From Octopus vulgaris (Eukaryota), in contig OX597820.1 of assembly GCA_951406725.2 (NCBI GenBank), forward strand, positions 44,020,001-44,084,000: a stretch of 64,000 bases of DNA. Reading direction: 5' to 3'. Positions 11,571-22,429 of the stretch are shown here, piece after piece (the stretch's first letter is position 1; every line of letters starts with the position of its first letter). Below the pieces are notes generated by a model, which saw nothing but the letters and a program-made list of their open reading frames with translations, was not told the DNA's origin and ran no database searches. The position numbers were made by a program, and so were the translations under genes.

Positions 11571-12119
11571 AGGCGGCGATCTGACAGAATTGTTAGCACG
11601 CCGGGCGAAATGCTTTGCGGTATTTCGTCTGCGTTACGTTGTGAGTTCAAATTCCGCCGAGGTCGACTTTGCCTTTCATCCTTTCGGGGTCGATAAATTA
11701 AGTACCAGTTACGCACTGGGGTCGATGTAATCGACTTAATACCTATGTCTGTCCTTGTTTGTCCCCTCTGTGTTTAGCCCCTTGTGGGTAATAAAGAAAT
11801 AGGTATTTCGTCTGCCGCTACGTTCTGAGTTCAAATTCCGCCGAGGTCGACTTTGCCCTTCATCCTTTTGGGGTCGATTAAATAAGTACCAGTTACGCAC
11901 TGGGGTCGATGTAATCGACTTAATACCTATGTATGTCCCTGTTTGTCCCCTCTATGTTTAGCCCCTTAGCGTTCTGAGTTCAAATTCCGCCGAAGTGAAC
12001 TTTACCTTTCATCCTTTCGGGGTCGATAAATTAAGTATCCGATGAGCGCTGAGGTCGATATAATCTACTATCCCTAACCCTCAAAATTTCAGGCTTTGTG
12101 CCCAGAAGTAGAAAAGAAT
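11571..12119 (+). mobile_element. SINE family A array: head, two tail-A units, then a final body with a different tail (tail B)
   Basis: Junction AATAAAGAAATA|GGTATTTCGTCTG at 11802. The last unit ends CAAAATTTCAGGCTTTGTGCCCAGAAGTAGAAAAG. Confidence 0.9.
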
Positions 12120-14240
12120 ATGTCATTATTGTTTAATTCCAAGTTATCTGATCGGACACACAAAGAATGAAAGGCCCTCTGGCCGTGACCATCTTGTCTT
12201 TGTATATATACATGTGTGTGTGTGACTACATTGTCCAGCATATCTTTTCTTTTTTAAATGACAGGGTGTCATTCGAGGGGTACTTAGATCTTATTTCCAG
12301 TGAGTCGAATAACCGCGTAAAAAATCCACATTAACTCGACTGGTTATTTATATTCTTGTTATTTGAAATATGAAAGTCTATATTTACGGAGAGAAAATGC
12401 TTTCAGAATATTCGACAGTTCCATTGAAATGAACTATGTAACAATGAAATAAAGCTTACACAAATTTCAATGAATTTTGTAGCTGTTGGTCTATAATGCG
12501 AATCTAGGCTGCTTTTCTGTTGGTATTTTCTTCCAACCCATATAAGATACAGTAAAATGGCCGAATGTCAAGGCGTTAGAGCGTTGGATATAATGCGTTG
12601 AGATATGTCTTCAGATTGTTTATATTCTGATTTCAAATCACACCGACTTCAAATTTACCTTTCATTCTTCCAGAGTCAATAATAAAAGGTACCATCCCAA
12701 CAGTGGTACAGCATTTTCTCTTCTTCTAGCTTCTACATCCTTGATATTCCACTGAATCAAACTAGTAGGGAAAGGCCGGGAGGGTGTCACTGTTTGTACG
12801 CAGATACATTGGGCAAATAAAATAACTTAAAGCCTGATGCATTCTACAAAGTTGTACACAATCGCGTGAATGGTGGCCTTCGTTATAAGATCAAGTATTA
12901 TTCTCGCCAAATACACTACTCCTTTCCTGTTGATCCAGCAAATATAGAAACAAACAACAACGTATTGATGAAGGATGTAAGTAGATCACATGTACAACGG
13001 TTACCTATCTACTATCTGTTCTGTCTCCCACATTGAGATATTACCAGCGGAAAGGAAATGAAATGGTTTCAACTAAGAACATCGTTGAAAAACGATGGTA
13101 AGAAATGATAAAAAAGGACAAACGTGTTCTTTCTTTACATTTGTATCAGGCAAAAGTATTTTTTCTTCTATTATCTATATAAAAAAAAGTCTACAATGTA
13201 AAGCATGGAGTAAAGGTTCGATATAAATAAAAGGTAGACCTCATTCTTGGTTAAGAATTCAAACTTCGAAGCTGTCTGCCCTCATTTCCCACAATAAACA
13301 TTCTATTAAACAATGAAGAGGTTGACTAGGAACTTGAATAATTCTAGAATACAACAGATGTTGATTTCATCCAATTTTAAGGGATTTTTGCCTGTGATTT
13401 CATCCAATTTTAATGGGTTTTGCCTGTGAAAAACATGTAAATGTTGATAAATACGTCCAGCTTGGTATATGAAGGTGTCTCTGATTACACCTTTGTATCA
13501 CTTTCTTTCCTTTCTCATTATGTTTTTGCACAATTTAACTTTAACTTATATTCACCAATTGTACATGAGCACATGAGCTTTACCTATGAGATATATTAAT
13601 GATATCGAAACATGCATCTGTGGATATCGAAAAAGAAGCAAAAAAATAGAGCAGAACATTTGTTTTAACTCCGTGTTTTACATTGAATAAATATTAATAA
13701 CAGATGATAGGAGAAAATATTACTTTCGTAAATTCGGTTTAGAGTATCAAACTTTAACTGGAATCAAAAGATCACACAATGCTTTCTATGAAACAGTAAT
13801 AGCTTCACCATCGGAACGTAAAATATAAACTGTTCTACTACACAATGGAAAGAGGTAGATATGTCATGAGAGTGATAAAATAATACAAAATGAACGACAA
13901 GCAAAGCTCTTAACCACCCAGCACGCTCGTAGCTGCACATGCACACACACACATACATACATACATACATACATACATACATACATACATACATACATAC
14001 ATACATACATACATGCATGCATGCATGCATGCATAGACACATACACACACCCTGCGATGGACTCCAAACAATGGTGAAACACACGTAGGAACTTTAGTAT
14101 AAACTTGTGTTTATCCTTATTTCTCCAACGTTTGCTCTGTATCTCATAACTAGTATTTTTACTCAGTATACAAGTTGCTCAGACTAGTTTATTAGAATTC
14201 ATGTAGACCTCTGACAAAACTGTAGCAGCCTTACATTATA

Positions 14241-14805
14241 TTGGGTTGTCCGGAAAGTTCGTTCCGATTTTTAAAGGAAAGCAAAAGGTGAATAAATACT
14301 TGCCATTACATTTTTAATCAAACAAATATGAACCATTTTATTGCACAATGCATCTCCATCTTTCCTTAACTTGAAAATACCCTCTTCCCAGAATTGAAGT
14401 GGTTGCATAGCAAAGAATTCATCAAGGTATCTTTTTACGTCATCCAAGAAATTGAAATTTTTACCATTAAGACTATTCTGTAGAAACCTGAATAAGTGGA
14501 AATCCGAAGGAGCAACATCTGGTGAATATAGAGGGTGGGGTAACACATCCCAGCTGAGCTGCAGCAATTTTTGTCTGGTTCTCAAAGCATTAAGTTCCGA
14601 AAATGAACTTTCTTATCTTCTAGTTTAAAGGATTACAGAATTAACAAAGGTTATAGGAACATAAACCTTCTTCCAGGAAAAGATAGCTTAAACTCTGCTC
14701 TAAATGGAGGTGTAGTCAAATCCTATTTCATGGAGTCAACCATGTTCTAAAATAAATCGAAACGTAAGCTACTATATATCAACACGAACTTTCCGGACAA
14801 CCCAA
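14241..14805 (-). mobile_element. Internally deleted mariner transposon (565 bp)
   Basis: Perfect 22-bp TIRs TTGGGTTGTCCGGAAAGTTCGT with TA on both flanks. Transposase N-terminus EDKKVHFRNLML is joined to the C-terminus LPHPLYSPDVAPSDFHLF (mariner YSPDLAPSD motif). Confidence 0.95.
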
Positions 14806-16423
14806 TACTTACACACACACACTATCTATCTATCTATATATATATATATCTACTATCTATCTAGCTAGCTAGCTAGCTAGCTAGCTAGATACAGTGAGTT
14901 TCTGTATAGTTTCCATTTACCAAATTTCTCACACAGTAGTTCAAATTATGCAGACTTCGTCTGTATCTTTTACTATAAACAACTTTTGAATGTCTATCAC
15001 TGATGGGACCTAGTTACGAAGTGGAATAATTCTACAGCGCAACAGTTAGTGGTTTCAAACATAGCATGCAAAACCTCGCGAATTTGCATGAATCCCCTGT
15101 AAAATAACAGAAAAGTATTTAACCACTTCGGACTTGTTTGACAAAAGACGTCTCTGATCCCACCTCTTTTCCATTTCATTTTTACTATACGTCTATATAT
15201 TTATAGATGATTCTGTAAAAAAAGAACATGACAATTCACTAATTGTCCCTAAGATTAATCAATGAAATATAAGGCTATCAAAGCGTGTGTCAACAGATGA
15301 TAGCTGAGAAAAATAAAAGCAAAGTCCAGGACTATAAAATAGAATACTTAACTTTTAACTAGAATATTTAATGTATGCTTAACATCGAAGGTTAATTCAT
15401 ATGATGGATAAAGGTTAAATAAAAAATGCATTTTCCCAAACACTCTACAGAATACTAATCTTTAACTGGATTCGAACTTTCACACCGTACTTTACATAAA
15501 ACAATAAATAATTACTGCTATCCTGAAAAAGCAAAGTATAAAAAAAAGCATAAGCTATTCCATTAAGCAGTTGGAAGAGGATGATGATATGTCATGCGAA
15601 GGATACAAAATTGCTATGATTTTTTTTTTCTTTACTTGTCTTCTTATTGTTTGTGTTTCGTTTGTTTTATTGTATTTTTTCAAAAAAAAAAAGGAAGAAA
15701 AGGAAACAAAGCAACGTGTATCGAGCGTCCTTTCGTAGTCGTCGTCATCATCTCCTTCCATCTCCAGTCAGGACACAAAATGTCCAATGCATGGTATTAT
15801 GCATGGTGTTACGCTCTATGAATCGATTACAGAACTGTAATTATGAACCGAATCTAAAACTAAAAACTACACAACAAATCACTAAAACAAACTAAACTGA
15901 TAATCTGCATCACTCAGCTAATCACTATTGAGTATGTTTATTTTTTATTTATATTTATATTTTTTCTTAATACTTCTCTACATTTTAATATATTCTTTAC
16001 CTGTTTTTCTTTTTCTTTTTTCTAGCCATATTAGGAGCATTCACACGTTTGCAAAATTACGCATGCACTGACACTTTTATTTAATTTTTTTTTTTATTTC
16101 TTTTTGTTCCCTCTTTCATAGATTTATGCTTCGAACTAAACATCCTGTGGCTAGGGCTATTTATTCCCTTACGGATTTACTGCGTAATAGCTTCTACATG
16201 GATAATTCCTGGCCGTATAAAACCAAATATGAACAAGACTATCGATCAAACAGGATTCACACCTCTTCTTCTCCGTAGTTTTTTTCTTTGTTTCTTTTTT
16301 GTTTGTTTTTGTAATGCCTTAACTCTTTACATTGAGAGCAGTTTTCCGAAGATACCTTAACGTATGAGGCCTGAGGAACAGAGGGTTTATAAATGTTATT
16401 ATAATCAAACTATTACTACTACG

Positions 16424-16495
<72 letters not shown>

Positions 16496-17033
16496 CAAAA
16501 ACAACCCTTTCTTTATTAGTCACAAGAGGCTACAGATACGAAACATGTCGTACAAATGTGTTACAAAAAGATGTGGAACTGTACACACATATACACGACG
16601 TGGCGTGACCAAGCAATACAATATAATAAAGGCAGGTTAAACACTAGGTGCACAAAACAAATGCAAATAAGGGCAAACCACAAGCACTGAGCAGAGAAAC
16701 TTCTCATAAGTAGGGTCACGGTACAGCAGGACGCTGAAAACCTTCGGCTCCGATTGTGTTTTACGATCTATTGGCCTCGTGCGTGCCCATGAGCATATTC
16801 AGTCTTAACCGATTCGTCAAGAGCTCCAGGTACTCTAGAGGATCTTGGTCCTTAAGCTGTCAATAAATCACTCTTTTACTCTTTTGTTTGTATATATATA
16901 TATGTATATATATATATATGTATATATGTATATATATATATAGGGAGAGTTTACGAAAAAAACAAAAGACAAAGACAGGTGGTGTACAAAACAAACTGAT
17001 GTATTAGTATAACGCTCAGGAATAAAAAAAAGT

Positions 17034-17069
17034 CTTTTACTTTTCGAGCCTACGCTCTTCTACAGAAAG
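17034..17069 (-). ncRNA. Degenerate minimal hammerhead-like motif
   Basis: Minus strand CTTT-CTGTAGA-A-GAGC(gtag)GCTC-GAAA-AG-TA-AAAG. Stems I and II are intact; the core has A6>T and stem III is non-palindromic. Confidence 0.45.
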
Positions 17070-17097
17070 GTACACAGAAAAAAAAACAGGAAACTCA

Positions 17098-17403
17098 TTG
17101 AGGATAAGTGAAATACTAAATGAGCAATTCAAAAGTATTTTCACTCCACCTCTAGGACACTTGCAAGTCAGCAATCCAACTGACTTTTTTACCACTGCAG
17201 GTATAAAAACAGAGGTAGTGATGATCGATTACATCAATATAAAGGAAGACGATGTAATATGGGCTATAGATGAAATGAACCCAAACTCAGCTACTGGTCC
17301 TGATGGATTCCCAGCAATCCTAAAAGTCTGTAAACGAGTCCTAGCCAGACTACAGCACTCCCTCTTTCAGAGCTTCCTTGCAACTGGCAAACTTCCAAGA
17401 AAA
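17098..17403 (+). mobile_element. LINE ORF2 fragment (CR1/L2-like, region just upstream of RT)
   Basis: EILNEQFKSIFT...DVIWAIDEMNPNSATGPDGFPAILK.C...L..LFQSFLATGKLP matches the N.FF.S.FT / A.GPDG / G..P motifs. Confidence 0.8.
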
Positions 17404-17455
17404 CTTGTGAGTGGATTTAGTAGGCGGAAACTGAAAGACGCCCGTTGTATATATG

Positions 17456-17545
<90 letters not shown>

Positions 17546-17720
17546 CGTGTGTCCCAGCATCACTTGACAACCGATGCTGGTGAGTTTACGTCCCCGTAAC
17601 TTAGCGGTTCGGCAAAAGAGACCGATAGAATGAGCTCTGGGGTCGATTTGCTCGACTATAAAGGCGGTGCTCCAGCATGGCCGCAGTCAAATAACTGAAG
17701 CAAGTAAAAGAGTAAAAGAG
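17404..17720 (+). mobile_element. SINE family B, 5'-truncated
   Basis: Matches 5654-5911 and 41650-41985. Confidence 0.88.
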
Positions 17721-17742
17721 TATATGCATATACATATGTATG

Positions 17743-17919
<177 letters not shown>

Positions 17920-17930
17920 AGAGCATTGTT

Positions 17931-19065
17931 ATACACGGTGGATTATGGAAAAGGCAAGAGAATACCAAAAGAAGCTGTACATGTGTTTCATCGATTACTC
18001 CAAAGCCTTTGACAGCATTGATCATGACAAGTTATGGAAATGTCTGAAGGAAAAGAGAACACCTTTACACCTTGTTTAGTTTATTAGATCACTCTATCAA
18101 AACCAAGAAGCTACAGTACGGACACTATATGGCGACACTGATTGGTTTGAGATTGGAAAAGGCACTCGGCAAGGTTGCATCCTGTCACCAGCAGCCTTCA
18201 ACATGTACGCTGAAAAGGTCATGAGGAATGCAGGCCTGGAGGATAGCAGCATTGGAGTGAGGATTGGAGGAAGAAATATTAATAACCTTCGCTATACAGA
18301 TGTTACAACCCTGCTGGCAGAGAGTGGTAAGTGTCTGGAGGATCTTGTCCTACTGGTCAAGAGAGTGAGAAATTTGGGCTGTACCTCAATGTTAAGAAAA
18401 CAAAGATCATGTCAACAGCAGCCACAACAAACATCAGCATCAAGATCGATAATGAAGAGATTGAAGTGGTTGATGATTTCATCTTCCTTGGCTCCAAAAT
18501 AAATAGAGATGATGACTGCACTCCAGAAATAAGACGGCGGATAGCACTAGGCAGAGAGGCAATGGTCAGCATGAGCAGAGTCTGGAAGAGTAGAGACATC
18601 AGACTCGCTACCAAATGCAGATTGGTGAATGCAATTGTCTTCCCAATAGCAAAATATGGATTCGAGACCTGGACACTAAAGAAAGCTGACCAGAAGAGAA
18701 TTAATGCATTCGAGCTTTGGTCTTGGAGAAGACTTTTACGGATTCCATGGACAGCAAGGCTCACCAAGGGAGAAGTTCTTAAGCAGATAAGGCCGAAAAT
18801 GTCGCTAGAAGCTAGGATCACCAAGCATAGATTGGAATATTTCGGTCATATTATGCGGAGAAAATCCCCGGAGAACGACATCATGCTCGGAATGGTCAGT
18901 GGCAAGAGAGGAAGAGGCCGACCAAGAAGCCGCTGGCTTGACACCATCAAGAATGATACCGGAATGGACATAGCCAATCTGAAAGAAGCGGCCCAGGATA
19001 GAACTGACTGGAGGACACTGATCCAATGAGTGACCGAGAGTCGACTTCGACTGAGCGGATAGAGA
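17931..19065 (+). mobile_element. RTE-clade (BovB-like) LINE, 5'-truncated, RT to 3' end, frameshifted
   Basis: [34 protein letters not shown] (decayed YADD), GLYLNVKKTKIM, AFELWSWRRLLRIPWT, YFGHIMR, GKRGRGRPRSRWLD, short 3' UTR. Confidence 0.95.
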
Positions 19066-19440
19066 GTTGTACACGTGTGCATTTTGATCGAAAGTCTCTT
19101 CATTTGCAGATAAATCATCGATTCTGATCGAAATTGCAGTAACGATCCTATCTATAGTGAATTTTGGGTGACTGGACGATACATTGATATATGAAATTGA
19201 TTTGTTTGGCTTACGAAATGGGTAGTATAAACCCGTATCCAAACACAATGTAACGTCCAGGAAATTCACCACTCTTGAGTTGACATTAAAGATAATGTTA
19301 AGATTTTAAAAATTCTTTAATAAACCTCTCGGAGATTTCCTCAATCCATTTAATGCAGTTTTAGACTGGGTTCGTACAGCTAGAATTGCATCATTCCTAT
19401 ACAGTCCCCAAGTGAGAAGACGAAAACTATCCTTAATCAT
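19066..19440 (-). mobile_element. Penelope-like element RT fragment
   Basis: GLYRNDA (GLYRDDG-like), VNFLDVTLCLDTGLYYPFRKPN..SYINVSSSHP, LSANEETF. Truncated where the RTE element ends. Confidence 0.9.
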
Positions 19441-19465
19441 TAGATAAATTCACGGACAAATTAGC

Positions 19466-19582
19466 ATTTGGGGCGACTGTACGTAGCTACCGGACCACAG
19501 TCGACGCTATGGCGACGAGAACTCGCCCTGGCGCCATTGGGGCGACTGTACGCAGCTACCGGACCACACTCGACGCTATGGC
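19466..19582. repeat. Two-copy direct repeat (about 46 bp, period about 69 bp)
   Basis: TTGGGGCGACTGTACG(T/C)AGCTACCGGACCACA(G/C)TCGACGCTATGGC occurs twice. Confidence 0.9.
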
Positions 19583-19847
19583 ATTGGTGTCACTATTACA
19601 GATGGCTTGGCTTGGCTTGGCTGCCTATGCGAATATTCCATTTACTTCGAATATATTTCTATAGCAAAACTACTCAACCTATTTCATTCAAATTTTATAC
19701 ATGCCTTACTTAGAGTCCATGTAGTGTTATAAGCTAATAAGAGCAATCTCTTATCTCCTACACTATATCACTATTACGTGTCAAAGTGAAACAATAACAT
19801 CTCTCTATTGCAATGTGAAATACTTACCCTTTAACCTCTCTCTCACA

Positions 19848-19908
<61 letters not shown>

Positions 19909-21179
19909 GCATACATATTCCTCAAAAACACTCTACCACTGCTACTAATAACTGTTGGTAACCCTTTCAGACCTGCCTTACATTCCAACCGGATTCTCGA
20001 AAAAATTGTCCCCTTACATCGCATTCTCATTTCATTACCACGGCAGAACTTACTTCTCGCGAAGGGACAAGGGAAGACGGTAACAGACATTAACCACATG
20101 CTACCTTGTCAAGTAAAATATATTGTCATCCACTTCACCTCTAACCTAGCGAACGGAGAGTTCAAACGACCCCACACCACTAATATCTTTCTTCATCCTT
20201 CTAGCTGTCTGCTATTTTATTAATACGACAAAATTCATGTCCTGACAAACAACATTCAGAACGCAATTCATAATCCCTGTCTCCTTTCCTTGTTACCATT
20301 TCGCTCGTCTTCTCTTTCTATCAAAGCAATACTGATTAACTAAAGCACATTTATTCATTTTGTTGAATTCCGTCCGTAACCTTTTTCATTTGTAAATTAC
20401 ATCAATTTCCCTAAATGCAACCGCACGCGTTTCACAAAGGAAATATGAAACATTTCACTGCTATTTCTACCACGCGCTGCTGCCACGCATTAAAATTTAC
20501 CAATGTTTTTTTGCTTCTTCCTTAATGCGGGCCTGCAGACCTACCAACTTACCTATAACTATCCCTACACTCATATGCAGCATCAACGGCAGTTTCTGCC
20601 CCACGAAACAAAGCTAAGCAATTCATCCAATTGCTCTTTCATTAACTCTTTTCCCATCCAATCTATACGGCAGAGCAGCCATGCATTGACAAACAACACC
20701 CCCAAAAATTCATGTCCACACAAACCACAACATTCTCAACGCAATTCATAACCACTTTCTCCGTTGCTCTTACCATTTCCCTCACCTTGCCTTTCACAAC
20801 TGCTTCCATTTTCATTTTGATGACATCATTTTACTTTACACATTTACTTTTCTACTACCTGTTCGTTATTACCGCAGCAGCTGCAAGTTTGCAACTTATC
20901 TACGCTTACATACTAACCCTTCAATTAATATTTAATACTTAACAGTGTATCTCACTGCATTTCATCATGCTTATTTTAGATCATGCCCCGAAGGAAGATT
21001 TCAATTGGACGAAAAACTGCGAAAGCTGCAAGATCATCAGCAAGAAGGGAAAATTCCTAAAATTCACTGAAGTTTGTATTTGGAGGGGGAGTAGAAGACA
21101 CAGTTGGAATGTGTTAAAAAATATATTTTTAAACTTTGAGATGATCCCCAGCTTTTTTCTGCTAAATAATCAGCGGCCT

Positions 21180-21392
21180 GGTAGTCAATCATCGGTCTCG
21201 ATTTATGACTATAAAGATGGCTCATGAGCGCAGCTTTACTGAGGCAGGGTCTTGCACAGACATTGTATGTCAGTGTCATAGGAAGACCCTTACCGTCAGG
21301 AAGTGCAACAGGGATGCCCTTCCTGGCATCGCTCCTTACTTTCTCATGCGCAAATCGAGATTTCTCAAAAGTAGCTGATGCCTCATGCACAA
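21180..21392 (-). mobile_element. RTE-type LINE 3' fragment with terminal C2H2-like finger
   Basis: IVHEASATFEKSR...RSDARK...YNVCARPCLSKAALMSHLYSH resembles the C..C.R.C.S..GL.SH..H end of some RTE ORFs. Confidence 0.6.
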
Positions 21393-22429
21393 TTCTTAAC
21401 CAAGGCATCCCTAAACCTCCCTTTAAAGTCTTTTGACAGCAGGCAGAGCGTTTCACAAGTGGCGACCTCCCCTTCCACAAAAAGCTAAAGAACTGTCTCT
21501 TTAACCTGATCAACTACGAATCTAATACAACCTGTTCTGTTTGAATTAACAGGTGTACCGTGTGGCCGGTCCAATTTGCCTTTTGTGAAACGCTAGCATG
21601 AAGTATTATCTCATCTACCCTATCTGCCAGGACTGCCGCCAGCAAACACATAGGGTCGACTTGAGATGGGACCTTTGGTATTCGTATTTTGGATGTCCTC
21701 ATACCCATGTATATTGGTATTAAAATCACATCTTCTGTTTCCAAAGATTTTACCGTGCAATTGTGTACCGAATTTTTTCCCTCTGGCTAGATATCTTATA
21801 TCCTGCCAGTTGGGCTTTAGACATTTTTCTACCTTCTCCTCGCTTACTCGCTAGATTTTTCTTTCTTTTCGGCAGGATGTGTTTTAAATATAATTGTTTT
21901 TTTCTTCTCTGTCAATAAAAGCTCTTCTGCGGGTTGAACCTTGAACCTTGACAACGTCGTCTTGAATTTTTACCATGTCCTTGTACATTAAAACGTCACT
22001 TTTCTTCGTCGACAGTTGGCGAGTTCTGTCTCCAGTTGCAGACGCAAAACTTCTTTCCTGTTTACCCTCCTCCGTTTGAAATCCTTTAACTTCGATGCTC
22101 TTCCCTGCAACGTCAGTCCTCGACAGTGGCGGGAATTCGCTCTCAGACGAATCCGTAACATCTTCCAACAATGCTCTTTCCACTTTTCTGGCCTCCAAAT
22201 CTGTCGAATCCTCGTCATATAAATACACACTTTTTGGCATCCTGCCAGTAATTAGTGTTTCCCCTACAGGGAAAAACACACAATAAATTGCAAGCAAAAA
22301 CTATTATACAAATTTTAACAGCAATTAAAACAGGCAGCAACACGGAAGCAATCAACAGAAACTACACTTACTATACAGACGCACTTCGGCAACAATACCA
22401 ACACTTCCAACTCACACAGACGCAATACC
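21393..22429 (-). mobile_element. Tx1/L1-clade LINE copy 1 (5' UTR, decayed ORF1, deletion into a short ORF2 piece)
   Basis: ORF1 remnant EARKVERALLEDVTDSSESEFPPL...IPIYMGMRT is homologous to copy 2. ORF2 piece FLWKGRSPLVKR..CCQK.LKGGLGMPWL is about 90% identical by eye to 23520-23645. Confidence 0.85.

Noticed and set aside
16505-16880. Possible further Tx1-like 3' end on the minus strand (GCCTCTTGTGACTAATAAAGAAA)
   Set aside because: Tail similarity is suggestive but coding similarity is too weak to call by eye.
19466-19582. Repeat-spacer-repeat resembling a mini-CRISPR
   Set aside because: Only two imperfect copies and no supporting context; a simple tandem duplication.
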